Source: a bacterium
GTDB taxonomy: Bacteria > Actinomycetota > Acidimicrobiia > Spongiisociales > Spongiisociaceae
DNA: 64,000 nucleotides
Direction: 5' to 3'
Assembly (NCBI GenBank): GCA_028821265.1
Contig: JAPPGU010000008.1
Location: 108,716 to 172,715, forward strand
In this document: piece after piece, positions 36,994 through 45,723 of the stretch
Layout of the letters: each line of letters begins with the position of its first letter
Position numbering within the stretch: position 1 is the first letter of the stretch
The notes under the pieces: generated by a model
The model's input: the letters and a program-made list of their open reading frames with translations, nothing else
Told to the model about the DNA's origin: nothing
The model's database searches: none
Translations under genes and position numbers: made by a program

Positions 36994-39900
36994 TCACTGC
37001 TCTTTCTCGACCTTCATCTTCCGGCGGTTGAAGGCCGTCGCCTCGGTCTCCACCACCAGATCCTCGTCCAGTATCACCCCGTAGTCTCGTAGGGCCGCCT
37101 CACGTCCGATCTTGCCGTTCCTCACGTCCTCGGCGACGTGCCGCGGGTCCCGTTCCAACGGATTACCCCAGCCGCCGCCGCCCGCCTGAACGTGGTGGTA
37201 CAGCTCGCCCGCAGCCAGGCCGTCGCTGAACATAGGCGGGAACTCCTCGTCCTCGCCGGACAGCCTCGAAACGGTGTTGGCGGACAATCCGCCCGGCGCG
37301 CCGCCCATCAGACCGAAGGGCGGGTGCCGCTGGCGGTCGGAGCGGATCAGCAGGGAGGTGGGCACCAGCGGCCGCCATGACTTCTCCAGACCGAGACCAC
37401 CGCGGTGGCGCCCCGCCCCGCCGCTGTCGGGCACCAGGCCATAGCGTTCGATAATGATCGGGAATTCGGCTTCGGCCACCTCGATGGGGACGTTGGCTGC
37501 AGTGGCTATGGGGTTGCTGAGCCCGTCGTTCCCGTCGCCCTCAGGAGTGGCTCCCCAGGTCCCGACCAGTAGCTCGAAGTAGACGAAGGGCTCGCCGTCA
37601 TCGTGATGACCTCCAAGAATGACGACGGTGTTGCCACCCTCTCCGGCCGCGGGCACGCGGTCCGGGACCAGTTGGGCTAGGGCGCCGTTGATGGCGTCGA
37701 AGGCGCGGAACCCGGTGACGCCCCTCATCGAGTTGGCGCCCGGATAGACGGCGTGGGTGACCGTCCCCGGTTTTGTAACGATGCGGACCGGGCGGAAGGC
37801 ACCGGCGGTGTTGGGGAACTCCGAGGCGGCGGCCGACATGACGCAGTGGTATGCGGTCGCCACGATGAACGAACGGGTGGCATTGAGAGACCCCGCCACC
37901 ATGGGATCCGAATCCGAGAGGTCGACCATCACCTCATCCTCCTGGATCGTCACCTTCACCCTTATGGCCACGTCCCGGCTCTCGATCCCGTCCGAGTCCA
38001 TGTAGTCGGTGAAGGTGGCGGTCCCGTCCGGCCAGGTGGAGATCTCCTTGCGCATCAGGACCTCGGTGTAGTCGATAAGCCCGTCCATCAGCTCGGTCAG
38101 CCGCCCGATCCCGTACCGCTCGGCCATCGCCTGCAACGCCCTTTCCCCGACCGAGCAGGCCGCCACCTGGGCGCCGAGATCGCCGAAGAGCATGTGGGGA
38201 ACCCGTACGTTGGCCCTGATGAGGGCGTGGACCTCCTCCACGGGCCGGCCCTCCTTGTACAGGTGCATCCACGGTATCCGGAGACCGTCCTGGAACACCT
38301 CGGTGTTGTCGGTGGCCGAGCTCCCGAGCAGCCTTCCGCCGATGTCACCGTGGTGGGCGGTGGCCACGCCGTAGCCGATCAGGGTGTCCTCGTAGTAGAC
38401 GGGCTTTATGACGAACACGTCGGGTAAGTGCATGCCGCCGTCGAACGGATCGTTCATGATGAAGACGTCACCGGGGCGCATCCTGTCGCGGAAGCGGGCG
38501 AGGAGGGCATCCACGGCCGTGGGGACCGCCCCGAGATGGAAGGGAATGGTCACGGCCTGGGCAACGGTCTGGGCGTCCGGACCGAGCAGGGCGGCGGAGA
38601 AGTCCATGGCGTCCCGAACCACGGTCGAGTGGGCGGTCCGGAAGATGGTGGTGGCCATCTCGTCGGCGGCGGAAGCCAGGGCGTTGGCGACTATCTGGCG
38701 GGTCACGACATCGGCATGCTGTACCTCGGTCTTGCCGCCTTCCTCGTGGCTGAGGAAGAGGGCGCCCGATGCATGCCGGCGGGCGACCCAGCCGGGCGGC
38801 ACCACGATCGTGGTGTCGTATTCGTCGACGAGCAGCGGACCGGTCATCCCGTCCGGTCCCACGCCGGTCCTCCGTGCCAGCACCGGAGCGTCCAGGTAGC
38901 CACCGGCCAGGCTGAAGAGGGCGGGACGCGAGCCGTCGGATGGCTCGGCTCCGTCGGCGTGGCCGCTAAGCGTGGCTTCCTGCGACACCTGCCTGGTTCG
39001 GGGCAGGGGCCCGAGGGCGGCGAGTCGGACCGCTCGCACCTCGATCGGGTCGTCCGGATCCTTGCGTACGCCGTACAACTGCTCGTGGCGGTCCTCGAAG
39101 TCCGCCACCAGCTTCGCCAGCCCGGTAACCGTCATCTCGGTCTCCGCAATGGTCACCTCGATGTCGAAGCTCTGGCCCTTGTAGCGCACGTCGGCGGATC
39201 GGACCCACTCGGTAACGCCGCCGGAGATGCTCGACTCCAGTCGGGACTCCAGCTCGGCCAGCAGTCGGGACATGGTGGGGATCACCGAGGAGTCCCTGGC
39301 GTCGAGTTCGCAGAACCGGACATCGTGGTACTCCGGCCGGGCGTAGAGGAGACCAGCCGCAGAGAAGACCCCGGCATTGGGGGGCACGACCACCGTGTCG
39401 ATCCCCAGTTCGGTCGCCAGGCTGGCCGCGTGGATAGGACCTGCCCCGCCGAAGGCGATCAGGGCGAACTCCCGCGGATCACGCCCGCGTTCTGACGAGA
39501 CCGCGCGCAGGGCGCGCATCATCCGGGCGTTGGCCAGATCGTGGACACCCCGGGCGGCCTCCGCCACCGGAATCCCCAGTGGGGTGGCCACCGACTCCAG
39601 GGCGGACCTCGCCAGACCCGGTTTGATCGATACGGCATCCCCGGCGAGCGGTCCGGACCGGACGTAGCCCAGCACCACGTTGGCGTCGGTCACGGTGGGA
39701 TCGTCCCCGCCGAGGCCGTAGCAGGCGGGACCGGGAACCGCCCCCGCGCTGCGAGGACCCACCTGGAGGCCTCCGGCGGAGTCCACCCAGGCGATGCTCC
39801 CGCCACCGGCCCCCACCTCGGCGATGTCGATGCTCGGCACCCTCAGCAGCTCTCCGGAACCACGCAGCAACCGGGTCCCCACCGATAGGTCGGCGCCCAC

Positions 39901-40863
39901 CTCGTATTCCCTGCTGAGGGTCACCCGCCCTTCCTCGATCAGCGACGCCTTGGCCGTGGTGCCGCCCATGTCGAACGAGATGGCGTTCGCTATGCCCAGT
40001 TCCCTGGCCAATCCCTGCGCGGCCACCACCCCGGCCGCCGGACCGGACTCGAGGGCGTAGACCGGCCGGTGGGCCGCGTCGGCGGCGGTCATGGCGCCGC
40101 CGGACGACTGCATGATCAGTACCGGAGCATCTACCCCGACTCCTTCCAGACCGTCCACGAGATCGCGCACGTAGGCGCCCATGATCGGGATCACGTAGGC
40201 ATTGAGGGCGGTGGTGGCGGATCGCTCGTACTCGTTCTGCTCCCTGAGAACCTCGTTCGACAGCACGACATGGACGCCCGGGAGTTCGCGTCTCAGGATC
40301 CGCGCCACCTGCTCCTCATGGGCCGGGTACTTGTGGGCGTGCAGCAGGCAGACCGCCACCGCCTCCACATGCTCGTCGCGCAGTCGGGCGGCCACGTCCG
40401 CCACTTCGGCCTCGTCAACCGGACGGTGGGACGTCCCGTCGGCCAGCATGCGCTCGCCGATCTCGAACCGGAGGCGCCTCTCGACAATCGGCGGCGGCTT
40501 GCGCCAGAACGGGTTGTAGAGGTGGGGCATCCTGACTCTGCGGAGCTCCAGCACGTCGCGGAACCCCTCCGTGGTCACCAGGGCCAGGTGGGCGCCCCGG
40601 CGCTCCAGGATGGCGTTGGTCGCCACCGTGGTCCCGTGGATCACCTCCTGGACCAGGGTTGGCGCCGCCCGGGGAGAGTCACCCAGCAAGGTGTCGATGG
40701 CGACGGTGACCGCCTTGTCGAAGGAGGGAGGTGTGGACAGCACCTTGCGCGTGGTGGTGCGGCCGTCGGGTTCCTGGACGATGACGTCGGTAAAGGTGCC
40801 GCCTACATCCGCGCCTACCCGGCTACCCACGCCAACCCCACTCTTCGCGACAGACGTCGACAC
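36994..40863 (-). CDS. Fused hydantoinase A+B / oxoprolinase-family ATP-dependent cyclic amide hydrolase
   Basis: DVGGTFTD, HGTTVATN, SGPAAG, DMGGTT in the A half; NDPFDGGMHLPD, HHGDIGG, GGAGRHRGG, GGGGWG in the B half. Confidence 0.92.
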   Translation of the reverse strand: MSTSVAKSGVGVGSRVGADVGGTFTDVIVQEPDGRTTTRKVLSTPPSFDKAVTVAIDTLLGDSPRAAPTLVQEVIHGTTVATNAILERRGAHLALVTTEGFRDVLELRRVRMPHLYNPFWRKPPPIVERRLRFEIGERMLADGTSHRPVDEAEVADVAARLRDEHVEAVAVCLLHAHKYPAHEEQVARILRRELPGVHVVLSNEVLREQNEYERSATTALNAYVIPIMGAYVRDLVDGLEGVGVDAPVLIMQSSGGAMTAADAAHRPVYALESGPAAGVVAAQGLARELGIANAISFDMGGTTAKASLIEEGRVTLSREYEVGADLSVGTRLLRGSGELLRVPSIDIAEVGAGGGSIAWVDSAGGLQVGPRSAGAVPGPACYGLGGDDPTVTDANVVLGYVRSGPLAGDAVSIKPGLARSALESVATPLGIPVAEAARGVHDLANARMMRALRAVSSERGRDPREFALIAFGGAGPIHAASLATELGIDTVVVPPNAGVFSAAGLLYARPEYHDVRFCELDARDSSVIPTMSRLLAELESRLESSISGGVTEWVRSADVRYKGQSFDIEVTIAETEMTVTGLAKLVADFEDRHEQLYGVRKDPDDPIEVRAVRLAALGPLPRTRQVSQEATLSGHADGAEPSDGSRPALFSLAGGYLDAPVLARRTGVGPDGMTGPLLVDEYDTTIVVPPGWVARRHASGALFLSHEEGGKTEVQHADVVTRQIVANALASAADEMATTIFRTAHSTVVRDAMDFSAALLGPDAQTVAQAVTIPFHLGAVPTAVDALLARFRDRMRPGDVFIMNDPFDGGMHLPDVFVIKPVYYEDTLIGYGVATAHHGDIGGRLLGSSATDNTEVFQDGLRIPWMHLYKEGRPVEEVHALIRANVRVPHMLFGDLGAQVAACSVGERALQAMAERYGIGRLTELMDGLIDYTEVLMRKEISTWPDGTATFTDYMDSDGIESRDVAIRVKVTIQEDEVMVDLSDSDPMVAGSLNATRSFIVATAYHCVMSAAASEFPNTAGAFRPVRIVTKPGTVTHAVYPGANSMRGVTGFRAFDAINGALAQLVPDRVPAAGEGGNTVVILGGHHDDGEPFVYFELLVGTWGATPEGDGNDGLSNPIATAANVPIEVAEAEFPIIIERYGLVPDSGGAGRHRGGLGLEKSWRPLVPTSLLIRSDRQRHPPFGLMGGAPGGLSANTVSRLSGEDEEFPPMFSDGLAAGELYHHVQAGGGGWGNPLERDPRHVAEDVRNGKIGREAALRDYGVILDEDLVVETEATAFNRRKMKVEKEQ

Positions 40864-40875
40864 CTGACGCCGGCG

Positions 40876-41775
40876 TCATCGCGATCCGAGCATCTCACCA
40901 ACCATGCTGGCCGAGGCCGCGCCCCTCGAACTCCAGCGGGTGAACCGCTTGGCGACCGCCCGCAGCAGGAAGTCGCTCAGTACCGCCAGTACCGCCAGGA
41001 TCAACACGATCACGATGATCCCCGCGTTGTCGAGATACCGGACTCTGCCGAACATCAGGGCGCCCAGGCCCACACCCGTACCCATGTACTCGGCCGCCAC
41101 CACCAAACCCCACGACACCACCACGGCCAAGCGGAAACCGGCCATCATGTGGGGCACGATGGCCGGGATCACCACCGTCCGGTACACGTGGAATCGCGAG
41201 GCCCCCGCAGTCAGCGCCGCCCTCACGTAGACGTGAGGCACGTTGCGGACCGCTTCGGTGCCCGCGATGGTCAGAATCAGGAACACGCCAAAGCTGATCA
41301 GCCGGACTCCCGTCGACATCTCCGTACCGAACCACAGCATGAGCATCGGGAGAAGCGCGATCAAAGGGGTCGGGCGGATCGCGTCCAGGGAGAATTCGAA
41401 AAGATCCCGGAACACGCGGCTGTACCCGAACAACAAACCGACCACCAGCCCGGGCGGAGTACCGATCGCCACCGAAATCAGAACCATCTGAAGTGACACC
41501 CAGGTCGCACCGGGTATGCCCTCGACGAACGGGACCCGGCTGCCGGCCAGGTAATGGAACCCGGTGCTCAGATTCTCCCACAGTCGCTGGGGCGTCGGTA
41601 GGTACGCCGCATCCACCCAACCGAGGTTGGTGACCGCGAACCATAGAGCCGCGACGGCAACAGGCACGAGCAGGGCCCTTACTACCGCGAGGATCCTTGT
41701 TCCGCTGAGAACCCGTTGATCCCCAAGCCGAGCTCGGGATCCGGTCGCGGCGGCGCCTCCGCTTTTTGCAGTCAT
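40876..41775 (-). CDS. ABC permease, NitT/TauT family
   Basis: RPTP, VRAALTAGA, VAAEYMG; start at ATG 41775 uncertain. Confidence 0.87.
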   Translation of the reverse strand: MTAKSGGAAATGSRARLGDQRVLSGTRILAVVRALLVPVAVAALWFAVTNLGWVDAAYLPTPQRLWENLSTGFHYLAGSRVPFVEGIPGATWVSLQMVLISVAIGTPPGLVVGLLFGYSRVFRDLFEFSLDAIRPTPLIALLPMLMLWFGTEMSTGVRLISFGVFLILTIAGTEAVRNVPHVYVRAALTAGASRFHVYRTVVIPAIVPHMMAGFRLAVVVSWGLVVAAEYMGTGVGLGALMFGRVRYLDNAGIIVIVLILAVLAVLSDFLLRAVAKRFTRWSSRGAASASMVGEMLGSR

Positions 41776-41782
41776 GTAGTGG

Positions 41783-42664
41783 TCACGCGGTGCCGAGCAT
41801 TTCCGCAACCAGACCGCTCCCGGCCGAACGCTGCGTCCATCTCATGGTCCGCTTGATCAACGCCCTCAACAGGAAGTCGGACGCGATAGCGAGGCCGAGG
41901 AAGACGAGCGTCATGGCAAGGATCCGAGCCGAGTCCAGGTTTGTCAACCCGGCGATCAGCAGGTTCCCGAGGCCTCTAACCGATCCCATGAACTCCGCCG
42001 CCACCTCCAAACCCCACGCGGAGATAACCGCCAATCGGAGTCCCACCAGTATGTGGGGAATGATCGAAGGAACCACCACCGTCCGGTAGATGTGGAACCG
42101 AGACGCGCCCATCGTCAGCGCCGCCTTCACATGGATATGCAGGACGTTGCGCACTGCCTCGGTCGTGACGATCGTCAGGATCAGCATCACGCCCAGGGTC
42201 ACCAGAGCGATCTGGGGCCGCATCCCTATCCCGAACCAGAGCAGGAACAGCGGTATCAGGGCGAACATGGGAACCACACGCAGCCAATCGAACGAGAACT
42301 CCAGGAGATCCCGTGCCCAGCGGCTGTACCCGAACATCAAACCGAACCCGAGGCCTGCCAGCCCACCGACGACTATGCCGGTTACGACCATCTGAAGGGT
42401 GATCCAGAACGCCCCTGGTATCAGGTCCCCGATCGCCCACCAGACCGAGACGAGCTTCTGCGGTGTGGGCAGCTTGATCGCCTGAACCATTCCGCGGTTG
42501 GTGATTATGGCCCAGATCGCGAACGCGAGTGCAGGGACGAGTAGCGCCCGTACGATCCTGCTCGCGGGCCCCGGCTTTCGTAACCAGGCCAGGGCGCGAT
42601 CAGCCAGGTTGCCGATGGAGCGTGGACCGCCTCGGATCCAGTCTGGTCCGACCATTCGTCGCAT
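41783..42664 (-). CDS. ABC permease, NitT/TauT family
   Basis: RVVP, VKAALTMGA, VAAEFMG; start at ATG 42664. Confidence 0.87.
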   Translation of the reverse strand: MRRMVGPDWIRGGPRSIGNLADRALAWLRKPGPASRIVRALLVPALAFAIWAIITNRGMVQAIKLPTPQKLVSVWWAIGDLIPGAFWITLQMVVTGIVVGGLAGLGFGLMFGYSRWARDLLEFSFDWLRVVPMFALIPLFLLWFGIGMRPQIALVTLGVMLILTIVTTEAVRNVLHIHVKAALTMGASRFHIYRTVVVPSIIPHILVGLRLAVISAWGLEVAAEFMGSVRGLGNLLIAGLTNLDSARILAMTLVFLGLAIASDFLLRALIKRTMRWTQRSAGSGLVAEMLGTA

Positions 42665-42788
42665 CCTCGCCTCGACAGTCCGATCTGAGGTCTTGCCTAA
42701 CGGATGGCCGGAGGATACACACGCGGGCACCGGGACGACGGGCCACACATAGAACTACGCCCGTCCGTCTTCCGCACACCCCCTGGCT

Positions 42789-42794
42789 TACAAT
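42789..42794 (+). promoter_or_regulatory. Candidate -10 element for the lipoprotein gene
   Basis: TACAAT located 27 nt upstream of the GTG start, with an AAGGAG RBS in between. Confidence 0.35.
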
Positions 42795-42820
42795 GGCTCA
42801 GGCCACCAAGGAGCGTGAGC

Positions 42821-43336
42821 GTGCGGTTTCGAGACTTGCCGGTGTGCTTGGTTGCCGCGACCCTTCTCTTCGCCGCCTGTGGGGGAGACGGAGGTGGCGG
42901 GGGCGAAGGGGGTGGCGACGAATCGGAAACGACCGTCTCCACTTTCGGGCAGTTCGCAGATCGGGCCGATTTGCCCACGGTGGTGTACGACGGCGAAGCC
43001 TGCACCTACATCGGTCCGGAGACCGTCGCCCCCGGCCCGGTCCGGATGACGCTGGACAACCGGAGCGACATTCGGGCCCGCATCGACATCCTCCGCTTCC
43101 CCGAGGGCAGGACGTTCGAGGACCTGGCCGCCTACGTGGATAGTGGCGACGCGGCAGCCAACCAGGACTCCCCCGACTGGGTGGATCAGACCCGCAAGAT
43201 CCGCGCTCCCGCCAACCAGTTGATGGGGGCCAACCGCACCCTGTTCGACAATACCTACGGCATCCTCTGTTACATAGGAGAGTCGGCACCGTTCGAGATC
43301 CAGGCGGTCGCCACCTTCGAAGTGTTGGAGGAATAG
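42821..43336 (+). CDS. Small lipoprotein of unknown function
   Basis: GTG with AAGGAG RBS; AATLLFAAC lipobox, Gly-rich linker. Confidence 0.75.
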   Translation: MRFRDLPVCLVAATLLFAACGGDGGGGGEGGGDESETTVSTFGQFADRADLPTVVYDGEACTYIGPETVAPGPVRMTLDNRSDIRARIDILRFPEGRTFEDLAAYVDSGDAAANQDSPDWVDQTRKIRAPANQLMGANRTLFDNTYGILCYIGESAPFEIQAVATFEVLEE

Positions 43337-43382
43337 CCGGCCGGCTGCCGGGTGAGCACGGATCACGCCAGGAGCCACCAGC

Positions 43383-43553
43383 CTACGGGCGTACTGCGAA
43401 TGCTCGCCTTCGCTGGGGACCGTAGCGGTATGTGCGGATGTCGGCGTCCAGAGCAAGCGGGTCGGCAATGCCGCGACGCTCCATGAGCGCCCAACCGGTA
43501 CGGTCGGTCAGGGAGAATGCCCGATCGGGGAACTCCCAGGACGTAGGGGGCAC
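43383..43553 (-). pseudogene. N-terminally truncated VapC/PIN toxin remnant
   Basis: Manual translation VPPTSWEFPDRAFSLTDRTGWALMERRGIADPLALDADIRTYRYGPQRRRAFAVRP* matches the PIN C-terminal FS..D..S.A.M....I.....D.D pattern; only 56 codons. Confidence 0.75.
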
Positions 43554-43556
43554 TGA

Positions 43557-43808
43557 TCAAATACCTCTGGCTTCGAACTGCTTGTCGATTGCCTCGCTGA
43601 TCATCGCCTGCTTACCGTCGGCGATTCTTGATCCGCCAGAATCGAATAGTCCGAAGATGGCAGATGGATCGTTCGAGGACGTGCCCTGCCCCAGGTCGTG
43701 AGCTACGAGACGACGTATGTGCTCGGACAACGAGACTCCTCGGCGAGCCGCCTTCCGCTTGGTTTCGGCATCGTGGTGGTCCGGGAGCACGAACGAAACA
43801 CCAATCAC
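43557..43808 (-). CDS. Ribbon-helix-helix (CopG/VapB-like) antitoxin
   Basis: KAARRGVSLSEHIRRLV RHH pattern; lies directly upstream of the PIN remnant. Confidence 0.72.
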   Translation of the reverse strand: MIGVSFVLPDHHDAETKRKAARRGVSLSEHIRRLVAHDLGQGTSSNDPSAIFGLFDSGGSRIADGKQAMISEAIDKQFEARGI

Positions 43809-45547
43809 CGGGGGATCACAGGGAGGGTGAGACGGCTTCGGTGCCGTGCATCGTGGTACACGGTCTGGCGGGCTGACCGGAAGCCGGACTCTCGACCGAC
43901 GTCGCCTCCCAGGTTGGTGTTGCGGTCGAAGCGGGGGAAGTTACTGCTCGACACCTCGAGACGGATCCGGTGCCCGGCTTTGAACACCCACGAGACCTCC
44001 CACAGATCGATCCGGTACTCGTAGACCTGTCCGGGCTCGATCAGGGAGGGGGACTGGCGGCTCTCCCGGCACCTCGCCCTGACGATCCCTTCGGTGACGT
44101 TGATGGCCCGGCCGTCGGGGAACACATCTACGAGCGTGGCCGTGAAGTCGGTATCAGGCGCCGACGAGGCCGCGAAGAGGACTGCCTTCACCCGCCCGGT
44201 GCACTCGAGGTCGGAAGGGAGCAGATCACCGGTGTACACCAGGACATCGGACCGGTCCTCGACCGTCGACCGGTCACGGGGTCCACTCTGGTCCACGTAA
44301 GCCACCTGGCCGCCCAGCGTGGGAACCGGGGCGGAGGGGTCGTACACGTACGTGTCGGGCGGCTCATCGCCGGCCGGCGGTTCCCAACCGAGGCTTCCGT
44401 CTCCCTGCCGCGTGTTCGCTGATCCTTGCCCGTGCAGGAACAAGTCCCGGTACTCGGTGCGCGCCAGCGGCCACTCGTATTCCCCCCGCCACACGTTGTC
44501 GCCGCACACGAAGAGTTGGAGCGGCGCCTCGTCGTCGACCCCGGTCGCGATTCCCTTGAGGCGCTGGTCGTACCAGTGGCGGTGCAGGGCGAAGATGTCG
44601 AGTTCGGCATCCGGGCCGAACTGGACATCCTGACCCCAGTCGGCCACCCCGATACGGGTGTGGGTCCAGGGACCGCACATGATCTTGGTCCTGGCCCGAG
44701 CCTCGGGCCCGGCGTCCCGTGTCCAGTTCTCGAACGCCTCGAACATGTGCCGCACGGTGCAATCCCACCACCCGGTCAGGAAATAGGCGGGCGCCTCGAT
44801 CGTCCCGTACCGGCCGTTCACGATCCGCTTCTCCCAGTACGCGTCGTAGGTGTTGTGGTCGAGGAGCTCCTTCCATATCGTCACGTCGTCGTACTCGTCG
44901 AACGCCGAGTAGAGGGGCATCCGCTCGTAGAGGTACGAGAGGTCACCGGGGGGATCGCCGGCCTTGCCGCCGCCCACGCCCATCGTCCCGCCGGGCAAAC
45001 CGGCCAGCATGGCCATCCCTTGCGCGTGGCTGGTCCGCCGACCGATCTGGAGAAAATGGCTGGCCTGCTGCATCAGGAATGCTCCCTGCTGCCAGAACAT
45101 GTCGTAGCCGTCCGGCGTCGCCGCGATCGGCAGGATGGCCTTGAGTCCCTCCGAGGCCAGCGGGGCGGGATGCATCTGGGTGAAGCCCAGATAAGAGATA
45201 CCGAACATGCCGACGTTCCCGTCGCACCACGGTTGGCGGATCAGCCACTCCACGGTGTCGTGACCGTCCTCGTCCTGGACATAGACCTCCCAGACCCCGT
45301 CGGAGTCGTAGCGCCCCCGGCAGTCCTGTATGACGACGGCATAACCGTCCTCCATGAAGCGCTCCCCCCAGCCCACGTAACCGTTCGGGCGAGCCCCGTC
45401 GGTCTCGGGGTAGCTCTCTTTGCTGTAGATGGTCCGGGTGAGCAGGACGGGAAACCGATCCCCCTCCGGCGGCAGGTACACATCGGCCGACAACAGGGTC
45501 CCATCCCTCATCGGCACCCGCACATCGAGCATGATCTTCTGTCTCAT
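43805..45547 (-). CDS. CocE/NonD family serine hydrolase, copy A
   Basis: VPMRDG..L.ADVY.P, QDCRGRYDS, GISYLG, GWWD, GPWTH, SSSNFPRFDRN. Confidence 0.93.
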   Translation of the reverse strand: MRQKIMLDVRVPMRDGTLLSADVYLPPEGDRFPVLLTRTIYSKESYPETDGARPNGYVGWGERFMEDGYAVVIQDCRGRYDSDGVWEVYVQDEDGHDTVEWLIRQPWCDGNVGMFGISYLGFTQMHPAPLASEGLKAILPIAATPDGYDMFWQQGAFLMQQASHFLQIGRRTSHAQGMAMLAGLPGGTMGVGGGKAGDPPGDLSYLYERMPLYSAFDEYDDVTIWKELLDHNTYDAYWEKRIVNGRYGTIEAPAYFLTGWWDCTVRHMFEAFENWTRDAGPEARARTKIMCGPWTHTRIGVADWGQDVQFGPDAELDIFALHRHWYDQRLKGIATGVDDEAPLQLFVCGDNVWRGEYEWPLARTEYRDLFLHGQGSANTRQGDGSLGWEPPAGDEPPDTYVYDPSAPVPTLGGQVAYVDQSGPRDRSTVEDRSDVLVYTGDLLPSDLECTGRVKAVLFAASSAPDTDFTATLVDVFPDGRAINVTEGIVRARCRESRQSPSLIEPGQVYEYRIDLWEVSWVFKAGHRIRLEVSSSNFPRFDRNTNLGGDVGRESGFRSARQTVYHDARHRSRLTLPVIPR

Positions 45548-45627
45548 GTCACCTCCCGCATGTTCTCGTGGTCGAGGCTTATCTTCCCGAATCGAGTCGA
45601 TTCACAGTGGAAGGCGCCCACTACCTG

Positions 45628-45656
45628 TTGACACACCGCGCCTCTCTAAGCATCAT
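45628..45656 (+). promoter_or_regulatory. Sigma70-type promoter for the SBP gene
   Basis: TTGACA (45628-33), 17-nt spacer, CATCAT (45651-56), upstream of the AGGGAGG RBS. Confidence 0.5.
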
Positions 45657-45723
45657 AAGCCCAAGCGGGCGGCGACCGACGGGCGAGAGACGCGCGGGCC
45701 GCCCAGACCAAAAGGGAGGGAAT

